64,000 bases of DNA from Eledone cirrhosa (GCA_964016885.1 OZ024740.1:8494001-8558000), one strand, 5' to 3'; numbered from the stretch's first letter, positions 23,201 through 39,200 are shown. Numbers and translations: made by a program. Notes: generated by a model not told the origin, from the letters alone.

Positions 23201-26200
23201 TATGTCAGTTTCTATTGGTATATCAGTTTCGATTAGTATGTCAGTTTCTATTGGTATATCAGTTTCGATTAATATGTCAGTTTCTATTAGTATGTTAGTT
23301 TCGATTAGTATATCAGTTTCTATTAGTAAGTCAGTTTCGATTGGTATGTCAGTTTCTATTGATATATCAGTTTCGATTGGTATATCAGTTTTGATTGGTA
23401 TATCAGTTTCGATTGGTATGTCAGTTTCTATTGGTATATCAGTTTCTATTGGTATGTCCGTTTTGATTGGTATATCAGTTTCGATTGGTATTTCAGTTCC
23501 GATTGGTACGTCAATTTCGATAGGTATTTTAGTTTCTATTGGTATGTCAGTTTCAATTATTATATCAGTTTCTATTGGTATGTCAGTTTCAATTAGTATA
23601 TCAGTTTCTATTGATATATCAGCTTCGATTGGTATATCACTTTCTATTGGTATGTCAGTTTCGATTGGTATATCAGCTTCGATTGGTATATCAGTTTCGA
23701 TTGGTATATCAGTTTTGAATGGTATGTCAGTTTCGATTGGTATGTCATTTTCGATTGGTATATCAGTTTCGATGGGTATGTCAGCTTCGATTGATATGTC
23801 AGTTTCGATTGGTATATCAGTTCCGATTGGTATGTCAGTTTCGATTGGTATGTCAGTTTCGATTGGTATATCAGTTTCGATTGGTATGTCAGATTTGATT
23901 GGTATGTCAATTTCGATTGGTATATCAGTTTCGATTAGTATGTCAGTTTCTATTGGTATGTTAGTTTCGATTAGTATATCACTTTCTATTGGTATGTCAG
24001 TTTCGATTGGTATGTCTGTTTCTATTGATATATCAGTTTCGATTGTTATATCAGTTTTGATTGGTATATCAGTTTCGATTGGTATGTCAGTTTCTATTGG
24101 TATTTCAGTTTCTATTGGTATGTCAGTTTTGATTGGTATATCACTTTTGAATGGTATCTCAGTTTCGATTGGTATGTCAGTTTAGATTGGTATGTCAGTT
24201 TCGATTGGTATATCAGTTTCGATTGGTATGTCAGTTTCGATTGGTATATCAGTTTTGATTTGTATATGAGTTCCTATAGCTATATCAGTTTCTATTGGTA
24301 TGTCAGTTTCAATTGGTATGTAAGTTTCGATTAGTATATCAGTACCTATTGGTATGTCAGTTTCGATTGGTATGTCAGTTTCGATTGGTATATCAGTTTC
24401 GATTGGTATATCAGTTTCGATTTGTATATCAGTTTCTATTGGTATGTCAGTTTAGATTGGTATGTCAGTTGCGATTGGTATGTCAGTTTAGATTGGTTTG
24501 TCAGTTTCGATTGGTATGTCAGTTTCTATTGTTATATCAGTTTCTATTGGTATGTCAGTTTCGATAGGTATGTCAGTTTCTATTCATATATCTGTTTCGA
24601 TTGGTATATCAGTTTCTATTGTTATATCAGTTTCTATTGGTATGTCAGTTTCGATAGGTATGTTAGTTTCTATTCATATATCTGTTTCGATTGGTATATC
24701 AGTTTCGATTGGTATATCAGTTTTGATTGGTATGTCAGTTTGTATTGGTATGTCAGTTTCGATTATTATATCAGTTACTATTGGTATGTCAGTTTCGATT
24801 GGTATGTCATTTTCGATTGGTATATCATTTTCTATTGGTATGACAGTTTCGATTGGTATATCATTTTCGATTGGTATGTCAGTTTGGATTGGTATGTCAG
24901 TTTCGATTGGTATATCAGTTTCGATTGGTATGTTAGTTTCTATCGGTATATCAGTTTCGATTGGTATATCAGTTTCGACTGGTATGTCAGTTTCGATTAG
25001 TATGTTAGTTTCTATTGGTATGTCAGTTTCGATTAGTATATCAGTTTCTATTGGTATGTCAGTTTCGTTTGGTATGTCAGTTTCTATTCATATATCTGTT
25101 TCGATTGGTATATCAGTTTCGATTGGTATGTCAGTTTCAATTGGTATATCAGTTTCGATTGGTATCATCATCATCATTTCATTTTACGTCCACTTTTCCC
25201 TGCTTGCAAGGGTGGGACAGGAACTGATTCTGGCTTGATATCTACAGCTGGATGCCATTCCTAACACCAACCTCATTTACAGTGAGTGCTGGGTGCTTTT
25301 TTGCTGTGGCACCTCCACGACCACTTTGCAGTGGAATGATATGGACCCCAGTCCCTATCATCTCATTTCTACAGCTGAGTAAACTGGAGCAATGTGAAAT
25401 GAAGTGTCTTGCTCAAGGAAACAACACATCACCCGGTCTGAGAATTGAACTCACAACCTTTCGATTGCAAGGCCAATGCTCTAACCACTAAGCCATGTGC
25501 CCCCATATCAACACTAATAAATAGGAATGTCAGTTTCTATTGGTATATCAGTTTCTATTGGTATGTCAGTTTTGATTGGTATATCAGTTTCGATTGGTAT
25601 GTCAGTTTCGATTGGTATGTCAATATCGATTGGTATGTCAGTTTCGATTGGAATATCAGTTTCGATTGGTATGTCAGTTTCTATTGGTATGTCAGTTTTG
25701 ATTGGTATATCAGTTTCGATTGGTATGTCAGTTTCGATTGATATGTCAATTTTGATTGGTATATCAGTTTCTATTGATATAACAGTTTTCATTGGTATAT
25801 CAGTTTCGAGTGGTATATCAGTTTCTATTCATATATCAGTTTCGATTTGTATGTCAATTTCAATTAGTATGTCAGTTTAGATTGGTATATCAGTTTCTAT
25901 TGCTATATCAGTTTTTATTGGTATGTCAGTTTCGATTGGTATGTCAGTTGCTATTGGTATATCAGTTTCGATTCGTATGTCAACTTCTATTGGTATGTCA
26001 GTTTCGATTAATTATATCAGTTACTATTGGTATGTCAGTTTCGATTGGTACGTCAGTTTCGATTGGTATGTCAGTTTCGATTGGTATGTCAATTTCTATT
26101 GGTATGTCAGTTTCGATTAGTATATCAGTTTCTATTGGTATGTCAGTTTCGATTGGTATGTCAATTTCTATTGGTATATCAGTTTCGATTGGTATATCAG

Positions 26201-29200
26201 TTTCATTTGGTATATAAGTCTTGATTGGTATGTCAGTTCCTATTAGTATATCAGTTTCTATTGGTATGTCAGTTTAGATTGGTATATCAATTTCGATTGG
26301 TATGTCAGTTTCTATCGTTTTATCAGTCACTATTGGTATGTCAGTTTCGATAGGTATGTCAGTTTTTATTTGTATATCAGTTTCGATTGGTATGTCAGTT
26401 TCTATTGGTATGTCAGTTTCAATTATTATATAAAGTTACTATTGGTATGTCAGTTTCGATTGTTATCTCAGTTTCTATTGGTATATCATTTTCGATTAGT
26501 ATGTCAGTTTCTATTGATTTTTCAGTAACGATTGGTATATCAGTTTCGATTGGTATGTTAGTTTCTTTAGGTATGTCAGTTTCTATTGGTATGTTAGTTT
26601 CGTTAGGTATGTCAGTTTCTATTGGTATATCAGTTTCGATTAGTATGTCAGTTTCGACTGGTATGTCAGTTTCGATTAGTATATCAGTTTCTATTGGTAT
26701 ATCAGTTTTGATTGGTTTATCAGTTTCGATTGGTATATCAGTTTTGATTGGTTTATCAGTTCCTATTGTTATGTCAGTTTCAAATTGGTATATCAGTTTC
26801 GATTGGTATGTTAGTTTCGATTACTATTTCAGTTTCTATTGGTAAGTCAGTTTCTATCGGTATATCAGCTTTGATTGGTATATCAGTTTCAATTAGTATG
26901 TGAAGTTTCTATTGGTATATCAGTTATGATTGGTATGTCAGTTTCGATTAGTATATGAGTTTCTATTGGTATGTCAGTTTCTATTAGTATATCAGTTTCA
27001 ATTGGTATATCAGTTTCGATGGTATGTCAGTTTCGATTGGTATATCAGTTTCTATTGGTATGTCAGTTTCGATTGGTATGTCAGTTTCGATTGGTATGTC
27101 AATTTCGATTGGTATATCAGTTTAGATTAGTATATCAGTTTCTATGGGTATGTTAGATTCTATTGGTATATAAGGTTCGACTGGTATATCAGTTTCGATT
27201 AGATTATCAGTTTCAATTTGTATGTCAGTTTCTATTGGTATATGAGTTCCTATTGGTATGTCAGTTTCGATTGGTATGTCAGTTTCGATTGGTATATCAG
27301 TTTCGATTGGTATATCAGTTTCGATTTGTATATCAGATACTGTTGCTTTATCAGTTTCTATTGGTATGTCAGTTTCTATTGTTATATCAGTTTCTATTGG
27401 TATGTCAGTTTCGATAGGTATGTCAGTTTTTATTGGTATATCAGTTTTGATTGGTATGTCAGTTTGTATTGGTATGTCAGTTTCGATTATTATATCAGTT
27501 ACTATTGGTATGTCAGTTTCGATTGGTATGTCATTTTCGATTGGTATATCATTTTCTATTGGTATGACAGTTTCGATTGGTATATCATTTTCGATTGGTA
27601 TGTCAGTTTGGATTGGTATGTCAGTTTCGATTGGTATATCAGTTTCGATTAGTATGTTAGTTTCTATTGGTATATCAGTTTCGATTGGTATATCAGTTTC
27701 GACTGGTATGTCAGTTTCGATTAGTATATTAGTTTCTATTGGTATGTCAGTTTCTATTGGTATATCAGTTTCGATTGGTATATCAGTTTTTCGATTAGTA
27801 TGTTAGTTTCTATTGGTATATATGTTTCGATTGGTATATCAGTTTCTATTGGTATGTCAGTTTCGTTTGGTATGTCAGTTTCTATTCATATATCTGTTTC
27901 GATTGGTATATCAGTTTCGATTGGAATATCAGTTTCGATTGGTATGTCAGTTTCAATTGGTATATCAGTTTCGATTGGTATGTCAGTTTCTATTGGTATA
28001 TCAGTTTCTATTGGTATGTCAGTTTTGATTGGTATATCAGTTTCGATTGGTATGGCAGTTTCGATTGGTATATCAATTTCGATTGGTATGCCAGTTTTGA
28101 TTATTATATCAGTTACTATTGGTATGTCAGTTTTGATTGGTATGTCAGTTTCGATTGGTATGTCAGTTTCGATTGGTATGTTAATTTCTATTGGTATGTC
28201 AGTTTCGATTAGTATATCAGTTACTATTGGTATGTCAGTTTTGATTGGTATGTCAGTTTCGATTGGTATGTCAATTTCTATTGGTATGTCAGTTTCGATT
28301 AGTATATCAGTTTCTATTGGTATATCAGTTTCGATTGGTATATCAGTTTCGATTGGTATGTCAGTTCCTATTGGTATGTCAGTTTTGATAGGTATGTCAG
28401 TTTTTATTTATATATCAGTTTCGATTGGTATGTCAGTTTCAATTATTATATAAAGTTACTATTGGTATGTCAGTTTCGATTGGTATCTCAGTTTCTATTG
28501 GTATGTCAGTTTCTATTGGTATGACAGTTTCGATTGGTATATCAGTTTCGATTGTTATATCAGTTTCGATTAGTATGTCAGTTTCTATTGATTTTTCAGT
28601 AACGATTGGTATATCAGTTTCGATTGGTATGTTAGTTTCGTTAGGTATGTCAGTTTCTATTGGTATGTCAGTTTCGTTAGGTATGTCAGTTTCTATTGGT
28701 ATATCAGTTTCGATTAGTATGTCAGTTTCTATTGGTATATCAGTTTCGATTAATATGTCAGTTTCTATTAGTATGTTAGTTTCGATTAGTATATCAGTTT
28801 CTATTAGTAAGTCAGTTTCGATTGGTATGTCAGTTTCTATTGATATATCAGTTTCGATTGGTATATCAGTTTTGATTGGTATATCAGTTTCGATTGGTAT
28901 GTCAGTTTCTATTGGTATATCAGTTTCTATTGGTATGTCCGTTTTGATTGGTATATCAGTTTCGATTGGTATTTCAGTTCCGATTGGTACGTCAATTTCG
29001 ATAGGTATATTAGTTTCTATTGGTATGTCAGTTTCAATTATTATATCAGTTTCTATTGGTATGTCAGTTTCAATTAGTATATCAGTTTCTATTGATATAT
29101 CAGCTTCGATTGGTATATCACTTTCTATTGGTATGTCAGTTTCGATTGGTATATCAGCTTCGATTGGTATATCAGTTTCGATTGGTATATCAGTTTTGAA

Positions 29201-30225
29201 TGGTATGTCTGTTTCGATTGGTATGTCATTTTCGATTGGTATATCAGTTTCGATGTGTATGTCAGCTTCGATTGATATGTCAGTTTCGATTGGTATATCA
29301 GTTCCGATTGGTATGTCAGTTTCGATTGGTATGTCAGTTTCGATTGGTATATCAGTTTCGATTGGTATGTCAGATTTGATTGGTATGTCAATTTCGATTG
29401 GTATATCAATTTCGATTAGTATGTCAGTTTCTATTGGTATGTTAGTTTCGATTAGTATATCACTTTCTATTGGTATCTCAGTTTCGATTGGTATGTCTGT
29501 TTCTATTGATATATCAGTTTCGATTGTTATATCAGTTTTGATTGGTATATCAGTTTCGATTGGTATGTCAGTTTCTATTGGTATTTCAGTTTCGATTGGT
29601 ATGTCAGTTTCGATTGGTATATCAGTTTCGATTGGTATATCAGTTTCGATTTGTATATCAGTTTCTATTGGTATGTCAGTTTAGATTGGTATGTCAGTTG
29701 CGATTGGTATGTCAGTTTAGATTGGTTTGTCAGTTTCGATTGGTATGTCAGTTTCTATTGTTATATCAGTTTCTATTGGTATGTCAGTTTCGATAGGTAT
29801 GTCAGTTTCTATTCATATATCTGTTTCGATTGGTATATCAGTTTCTATTGTTATATCAGTTTCTATTGGTATGTCAGTTTCGATAGGTATGTTAGTTTCT
29901 ATTCATATATCTGTTTCGATTGGTATATCAGTTTCGATTGGTATATCAGTTTTGATTGGTATGTCAGTTTGTATTGGTATGTCAGTTTCGATTATTATAT
30001 CAGTTACTATTGGTATGTCAGTTTCGATTGGTATGTCATTTTCGATTGGTATATCATTTTCTATTGGTATGACAGTTTCGATTGGTATATCATTTTCGAT
30101 TGGTATGTCAGTTTGGATTGGTATGTCAGTTTCGATTGGTATATCAGTTTCGATTGGTATGTTAGTTTCTATCGGTATATCAGTTTCGATTGGTATATCA
30201 GTTTCGACTGGTATGTCAGTTTCAA
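20280..30225 (+). repeat. Duplicated block (about 20280-24995 vs about 25870-30225) flanking the antisense SINE
   Basis: Offsets are 5589 (20334/25923), 5535, 5481 (22944/28425) and 5229 (24498/29727). Private variants CAGATACTGTTGCTTTA and TTTTTCAGTAACGA are shared. Confidence 0.85.
25164..25504 (-). mobile_element. Independent antisense insertion of the same tRNA-derived SINE family
   Basis: The reverse complement reads GGGGGCACATGGCTTAGTGGTTAGAGCATTGGCCTTGCAATCGAAAGG...GGACGTAAAATGAAATGATGATGAT. It has different flanks and multiple substitutions relative to the 5103 copy. Confidence 0.9.
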
Positions 30226-33200
30226 TTGGTATGTAAGTTTCGATTAGTATATCAGTTTCTATTGGTATGTCAGTTTCTATTGGCTTATCAGCTTCGATTG
30301 GTATATCAGTTTCGATTAGTGTGTTAGTTTCTATTGGTATGTCAGTTTTGATTGGTATATCAGTTTCGATTGGTATGTCAGTTTCGATTGGTATGTCAGT
30401 TTCGATTGGTATGTCAGTTTCGATTGGTATATCAGTTTCTATTGGTATGTCAGTTTCGATTGGTATGTCAGTCTCTATTGGTATATCAGTTACGATGGAT
30501 ACATCAGTTTCGATTGGTATGTCAGTTTCGATTAGTATATCAGTTTCTTTTTGTATGTCAGTTTCTATTGATATATCAGCTTCGATTGGTATATCAGTTT
30601 CGATTAGTATGTCAGTTTCTATTGGTATGTCAGTTTTGATTGGTATATCAGTTTCGATTGGTATGTCAGTTTCGATTCGTATGTCAGTTTCGATTGGTAT
30701 GTCAATTTCAATTAGTATATCAGTTTCTATGGGTATATCAATTTCGATTGGTATGTCAGTTTCGATTAGTAAATCAGTTTCTATAGGTATGTCAGTTTCT
30801 ATTGGTATATCAGTTTCGATTGGTATATCAGTTTCGATGGTATGTCAGTTTCGATTGGTATATCAATTTCTATTGGTATATCAGTTTCGATTGATATATC
30901 AGTTTCGATTAGTATCTCAGTTTCTACTGGTATGTCAGTTTCGATTGGTATGTCAGTTTCGATTGGTATGTCAATTTCGATTGGTATATCAGTTTTGATT
31001 AGTATGTTAGTTTCTACTGGAATATCAGTTTCGATTGGTATATCCGATTTGATTGGTATGTCAGTTTCTATTGGTATATCAGTTTCGATTAGTATGTCAT
31101 TTTCGATTGGTATATCAGTTCTGATTGGTATGTCAGTTTAGATTGGTATGTCAGTTTCGATTGGTATATCAGTTTCGATTGGTATGTCAGTTTCGATTGG
31201 TACGTAAATTTCGATTGGTATATTAGTTTCTATTGGTATGTCAGTTTCAATTAGTATATGAGTTTCTCTTGGTATGTCAGTTTCGATTGGTATATCAGTT
31301 TTGATTTGTATATGAGTTCCTATATCTATATCAGTTTCTATTGGTATGTCAGTTTCAACTGGTATGTAAGTTTCGATTAGTATATCAGTTTCTATTGGTA
31401 TGTCAGTCTCTATTGGTATATCAGCTTCGATTGGTATATCAGTTTCGATTAGTGTGTTAGTTTCTATTGGTATGTCAGTTTTGATTGGTATATCAGTTTC
31501 GATTGGTATGTCAGTTTCGATTGGTATGTCAGTTTCGATTGGTATATCAGTTCCGATTGGTATGTCAATTTTGATTGGTATATCAGTTTCTATTGGTATG
31601 TCAGTTTCGATTGGTATGTCAGTTTCTATTGGTATATCAGTTTCGATTGATATATCAGTTTCGATTAGTATATCAGTTTCTACTGGAATGTCAGTTTCGA
31701 TTAGTATATCAGTTTCTATTGGTATGTCAGTTTCGATTGGTATATCAGTTTCGATTCGTATATCAGTTCCTATTGTTATATCAGTTTCAATTGGTATGTA
31801 AGTTTCAATTAGTATATTAGTTTCGATTGGTATGTCAATTTCAATTAGTATATCAGTTTCTATTGGTATATCAGTTTCGATTGGTATGTCAGTTTCTATT
31901 AGTATATCAGTTTCTATAGGTATGTCATTTTCTATTGGTATATCAGTTTCGATTGGTATGTCAGTTTCTATTGGTATATCAGTTTCGATGGATACATCAG
32001 TTTCGATTAGTATGTCAGTTTCAACTGGTATGTCAGTTTGGATTGGTATGTCAGTTTGGATTGGTATGTCAGTTTCGATTGGTATGTCAATTTCGATTGG
32101 TATATCAGTTTCGATTAGTATGTTAGTTTCTATTGGAATATCAGTTTCGATTGGTATATCAGATTTGATAGGTATGTCAGTTTCTATTGGTATATCAGTT
32201 TCGATTAGTATGTCAGTTTCTATTGCTATGTTAGTTTCGATTAGTATATCAGTTTCTATTGGTATGTCAGTTTCGATCGGTATGTCAGTCTCTATTGATA
32301 TATCAGTTTTGATTGGTATATCAGTTTCGATTGGTATATCAGTTTCGATTAGTATGTCAATTTCTATTGGTATGTTAGTTTCGATTAGTATATCACTTTC
32401 TATTGGTATGTCAGTTTCGATTGGTATGTCAGTTTTGATTGGTATATCAGTTTCGATCGGTATGTCAGTTTCGATTGGTATATCAGTTCCGATTGGTATG
32501 TCAGTTTCTACTGGTATGTCAGTTTCGATTAGTATATCAGTTTCTATTGGTATGTCAGTTTCGATTCGTATATCAGTTCCTATTGCTATATCAGTTTCAA
32601 TTGGTATGTAAGTTTGGATTGGTATATTAGTTTCGATGGGTATGTCAGTTTCAATTAGTATATTAGTTTCGATTGGTATGTCAATTTCAATTAGTATATC
32701 AGTTTCTATTGGTATATCTGTTTCGATTGGAATGTCAGTTTCTATTAGTATATCAGTTTCTATAGGTATGTCAGTTTCTATTGGTATATCAGTTTCGATT
32801 GGTATGTCAGTTTCTATTGGTAAATCAGTTTCGATGGATACATCAGTTTCGATTAGTATGTCAGTTTCTACTGGTATGTCAGTTTCGATTAGTATATCAG
32901 TTTCTATTGGTATGTCAGTTTCGATTGGTATATCAGTTTCGATTGGTATGTCAGTTTCGATTAGTATATCAGTTTCTATTGGTATGTCAGTTTCTATTGA
33001 TATATCAGCTTCGATTGATATATCGGTTTCGATTAGTACGTCAGTTTCTATTGGTATGTCAGTTTTGATTGGTATATCAGTTTCGATTGGTGTGTCAGTT
33101 TCGATTCGTATGTCAGTTTCGATTGGTATGTCAATTTCAATTAGTATATCAGTTTCTATGGGTATATCAGTTTCGATTGGTATGTCAGTTTCGATTAGTA

Positions 33201-36200
33201 TATCAGTTTCTATAGGTATGTAAGTTTCTATTGGTATAGCAGTTTCGATTAGTATATCATTTTCGATGGTATGTCAGTTTCGATTGGTTTATCAATTTCT
33301 ATTGGTATATCAGTTTCGATTGATATATCAGTTTCCATTAGTATGTCAGTTTCTACTGGTATGTCAGTTTCGATTGGTATGTCAGTTTCGATTGGTATGT
33401 CAATTTCGATTGGTATATCAGTTTCGATTAGTATGTTAGTTTCTATTGGAATATCAGTTTCGATTGGTATATCAGTTTTGATTGGTATGTCAGTTTCTAT
33501 TGGTATATCAGTTTCGACTGGTATATCAGTTTCGATTAGTATAATCAGTTTCTATTGTTATGTCACTTTTGATTAATATATCAATTTCTATTGGTATGCC
33601 AGTTTCGATCGGTATGTCAGTTTCTACTGGTATATCAGTTTCTATTGGTATGTCAGTTTCGATTGGTATGTCCGTTTCGATTGGTATGTCAGTTTCAATT
33701 AGTATATTAGTTTCGATTGGTATGTCAATTTCAATTAGTATATCAGTTTCTATAGGTATGTCTGTTTCTATTGTTATATCAGTTTCGATTGGTATGTCAG
33801 TTTCTATTAGTATATCAGTTTCTATAGGTATGTCAGTTTCTATTGGTATATCAGTTTCGATTGGTATATCAGTTTCTATTGGTATGTCAGTTTCGATTGG
33901 TATGTCAGTTTCTATTGTTATATCAGTTTCGATGGATACATCAGTTTCGATTAGTATGTCAGTTTCTACTGGTATGTCAGTTTCGATTAGTATATCAGTT
34001 TCTATTGGTATGTCAGTTTCGATTGGTATATCAGTTTCGATTGGTATGTCAGTTTCGATTAGTATATCAGTTTCTATTGGTATGTCAGTTTCTATTGATA
34101 TATCAGCTTCGATTGATTGGTATATCAGTTTCGATTGGTATGTCAGGTTCGATTGGTATGTCAGTTTCGATTGGTATATCAGTTCCGATTGGTATGTAAG
34201 TTTCGATTGGTATGTCAGTTTCGATTGGTATATTAGTTTCGATTGGTATGTCAATTTCAATTAGTATATCAGTTTCTATGGGTATATCAGTTTCGATTGG
34301 TATGTCAGTTTCGATTAGTATATCAGTTTCTATAGGTATGTCAGTTTCTATTGGTATATCAGTTTCGATTGGTATATCAGTTTCGATAGTATGTTCGTTT
34401 TGATTGGTATATCAGTTTCTATTGGTATATCAGTTTCGATTGATACATCAGTTTCGATTAGTATGTCAGTTTCTACTGGGATGTCAGTTTGGATTGGTAT
34501 GTCAATTTCGATTGGTATGTCAGTTTCGATTGTTATGTCAATTTCGATTGGTATATCAGTTTCGATTAGTATGTTAGTTTCAATTGGAATATCAGTTTCG
34601 ATTGCTATATCAGTTTCGACTGGTATATCAGTTTCGATTAGTATAATCAGTTTCTATTGGTATGTCAGTTTCTATTGGTATATCAGTATCGATTGGTATA
34701 TCAGTTTCGATTAGTATGTCAGTTTCTATTGGTATGTTAGTTTCGTTTAGTATTTCAGTTTCTATTGGTATGTCAGTTTTGATTGGTATGTCAGTTTCGA
34801 CTGGTATGTCAGTTTCGATTGGTATATCAGTTTCGATTGGTATGTCAGTTTCGATTGATATGTCAGTTTCGATTGGTATATCAGTTCCGATTGGTATGTC
34901 AGTTTCGATTGGTATGTTAGTTTTGATTGGTATATCAGTACCGATTGGTATGTCAGTTTAGATTGGTATGTCAGTTTCGATTGGTATATCAGTTTCGATT
35001 GGTATGTCAGTTTCAATTAGTATATCAGTTTCTATTGGTATGTCAATTTCGATTGGTATATCAGTTTCAATTAGTATATCAGTTTCTATTGGTATGTCAG
35101 TTTCGATTGGTATATCAGCTTCGATTCGTATGTCAGTTTTGATTGGTATGTCAGTTTCGATTTGTATGTCAGTTTCGATTGATATATCAGTTTCGATTGG
35201 TATGTCAGCTTCGATTGATATGTCAGTTTCGATTGGTATATCAATTCCGATTGGTATGTCAGTTTCGATTGGTATGTCAGTTTTGATTGGTATGTCAATT
35301 TCGATTGGTATATCAGTTTCGATTAGTATGTCAGTTTCTATTGGTATGTTAGTTTCGATTAGTATATCACTTTCTATTGGTATGTCAGTTTCGATTGGTA
35401 TGTCTGTTTCTATTGATATATCAGTTTCGATTGTTATATCAGTTTTGATTGGTATATCAGTTTCGATTGGTATGTCAGTTTCTATTGGTATTTCAGTTTC
35501 TATTGGTATGTCAGTTTTGATTGGTATATCAGTTTTGAATGGTATCTCAGTTTCGATTGTTATGTCATTCTCGATTGGTATATCAGTTCTGATTGGTATG
35601 TCAGTTTAGATTGGTATGTCAGTTTCGATTGGTATATCAGTTTCTATGGGTATATCAGTTTCGATTGGTATCTCAGTCTCGATTAGTATATCAGTTTCTA
35701 TAGGTATGTCAGTTTCTATTGGTATATCAGTTTCGATTGGTATATCAGTTTCGATAGTATGTTAGTTTTGATTGGTATATCAGTTTCTATTGTTATATCA
35801 GTTTCGATTGATATATCAGTTTCGATTAGTATGTCAGTTTCTACTGGTATGTTAGTTTGGATTGGTATGTCAATTTCGATTGGTATGTCAGTTTCGATTG
35901 GTATGTCAATTTCGATTGGTATATCAGTTTCGATTAGTATGTTAGTTTCAATTGGAATATCAGTTTCGATTGGTATATCAGTTTCGACTGGTATATCAGT
36001 TTCGGTTAGTATAATCAGTTTCTATTGGTATGTCAGTTTCTATTGGTATATCAGTATCGATTGGTATATCAGTTTTGATTAGTATGTCAGTTTCTATTGG
36101 TATGTTAGTTTCGATTAGTATATCAGTTTCTATTGGTATGTCAGTTTTGATTGGTATGTCAGTTTCGACTGGTATGTCAGTTTCGATTGGTATATCAGTT

Positions 36201-39200
36201 TCGATTGGTATGTCAATTTCGATTGATATGTCAGTTTCGATTGGTATGTCAATTTCGATTGGTATGTCAGTTTCGATTGGTAAATTAGTTTCGATTGGTA
36301 TGTCAGTTTTGATTGGTATATCAGTTCCGATTGGTATGTCAGTTTAGATTGGTATGTCAGTTTTGATTGGTATATCAGTTTCGATTGGTATGTCAGTTTC
36401 AATTAGTATATCAGTTTCTATTGGTATGTCAGTTTCTATTGGTATAGCAGCTTCGATTCGTATATCAGTTTCTATTGGTATATCAGTTTCTATTGGTATG
36501 TCAGTTTTGATTGGTATGTCAGTTTCGATTTGTATGTCAGTTTCGATTGGTATGTCAGTTTCGATTGGTATGTCAGCTTCGATTGATATGTCAGTTTCGA
36601 TTGGAATATCAGTTCCGATTGGTATGTCAGTTTCGATTGGTATGTCAGTTTTGATTGGTATGTCAATTTCGATTGGTATATCAGTTTCGATTAGTATGTC
36701 AGTTTCTATTGGTATGTTAGTTTCGATTAGTATATCACTTTCTATTGGTATGTCAGTTTCGATTGGTATGTCTGTTTCTATTGATATATCAGTTTCGATT
36801 GTTATATCAGTTTTGATTGGTATATCAGTTTCGATTGGTATGTCAGTTTCTGTTGGTATTTCAGTTTCTATTGGTATGTCAGTTTTGATTGGTATATCAG
36901 TTTTGAATGGTATCTCAGTTTCGATTGGTATGTCATTTTCGATTGGTATATCAGTTCTGATTGGTATGTCAGTTTAGATTGGTATGTCAGTTTCGATTGG
37001 TATATCAGTTTCGATTGGTATGTCAGTTTCGATTGGTACGTAAATTTCGATGGGTATATTAGTTTCTATTGGTATGTCAGTTTCAATTAGTATATGAGTT
37101 TCTATTGCTATGTCAGTTTCGATTGGTATATCAGTTTTGATTTGTATATGAGTTCCTATATCTATATCAGTTTCTATTGGTATGTCAGTTTCAACTGGTA
37201 TGTAAGTTTCGATTAGTATATCAGTTTCTATTGGTATGTCAGTTTCTATTGGTATATCAGCTTCGATTGGTATATCAGTTTCGATTAGTGTGTTAGTTTC
37301 TATTGGTATGTCAGTTTTGACTGGTATATCAGTTTCGATTGGTATGTCAGTTTCGATTGGTATGTCAGTTTCGATTGGTATATCAGTTCCGATTGGTATG
37401 TCAATTTCGATTGGTATATCAGTTTCTATTGGTATGTCAGTTTCGATTGGTATGTCAGTTTCTATTGGTATATCAGTTTCGATTGATATATCAGTTTCGA
37501 TTAGTATATCAGTTTCTACTGGTTTGTCAGTTTCGATTAGTATATCAGTTTCTATAGGTATGTCAGTTTCGATTGGTATATCAGTTTCGATTCGTATATC
37601 AGTTCCTATTGCTATATCAGTTTCAATTGGTATGTAAGTTTCGATTGGTATATCAGTTTCGATGGGTATGTCAGTTTCAATTAGTATATTAGTTTCGATT
37701 GGTATGTCAATTTCAATTAGTATATCAGTTACTATTGGTATATCAGTTTCGATTGGTATGTCAGTTTCTATTATTATATCAGTTTCTATAGGTATGTCAG
37801 TTTCTATTGGTATATCAGTTTCGATTGGTATGTCAGTTTCTATTGGTATATCAGTTTCGATGGATACATCAGTTTCGATTAGTATGTCAGTTTCAACTGG
37901 TATGTCAGTTTGGATTGGTATGTCAGTTTCGATTGGTATGTCAGTTTCGATTGGTATGTCAATTTCGATTGGTATATCAGTTTCGATTAGTATGTTAGTT
38001 TCAATTGGAATATCAGTTTCGATTGGTATATCAGTTTCGACTGGTATATCAGTTTCGATTAGTATAATCAGTTTCTATTGGTATGTCAGTTTCTATTGGT
38101 ATATCAGTACCGATTGGTATATCAGTTTCGATTAGTATGTCAGTTTCTATTCGTATGTTAGTTTCGATTAGTATATCAGTTTCTATCGGTATGTCAGTTT
38201 CGATTGATATGTCAGTTTCGATTGGTATATCAGTTCTGATTAGTATGTCAGTTTCGATTGGTATATCAGTTTCAATTGGTATGTCAGTTTTGATTGGTAT
38301 GTCAGTTTCGATTGGTATGTCAATTTCGATTGGTATATCAGTTTCGATTGGTATGTCAATTTCGATTGGTATATCAGTTTCGATTAGTATGTCAATTTCT
38401 ATTGGTATGTTAGTTTCGATTAGTATATCACTTTCTATTTGTATGTCAGTTTCTATTGGTATGTCAGTTTCTAATGATATATCAGTTTCGATTGGTATAT
38501 CAGTTTTGATTGGTATATCAGTTTTGAATGGTATGTCAGTTTCGATTGGTATGTCAGTATCGATTGGTATATCAGTTTCGATTCGTATGTCAGTTTTGAT
38601 TGGTATATCAGTTCCGATTGGTATGTCAGTTTAGATTGGTATGTCAGTTTCGATTGGTATATCAGTTTCGATTGGTATGTCAGTTTCAATTAGTATATCA
38701 GTTTCTATTGGTATGTCAGTTTCGATTGGTATATCAGTTTCAATTAGTATATCAGTTTCTATTGGTATGTCAGTTTCGATTGGTATATCAGTTTTGATTA
38801 GTATATGAGTTCCTATAGCTATATCAGTTTCTATTGGTATGTCAGTTTCTATTGGTATATCAGCTTCGATTCGTATATCAGTTTCTATTGGTATATCAGT
38901 TTCTATTGGTATGTCAGTTTTGATTGGTATGTCAGTTTCGATTTGTATGTCAGTTTCGATTGATATATCAGTTTCGATTGGTATGTCAGTTTCGATTGGT
39001 ATGTCAGTTTTGATTGGTATGTCAATTTCGATTGGTATATCAGTTTCGATTAGTATGTCAGTTTCTATTGGTATGTTAGTTTCGATTATTATATCACTTT
39101 CTATTGGTATGTCAGTTTCGATTGGTATGTCTGTTTCTATTGATATATCAGTTTCGATTGTTATATCAGTTTTGATTGGTATATCAGTTTCGATTGGTAT

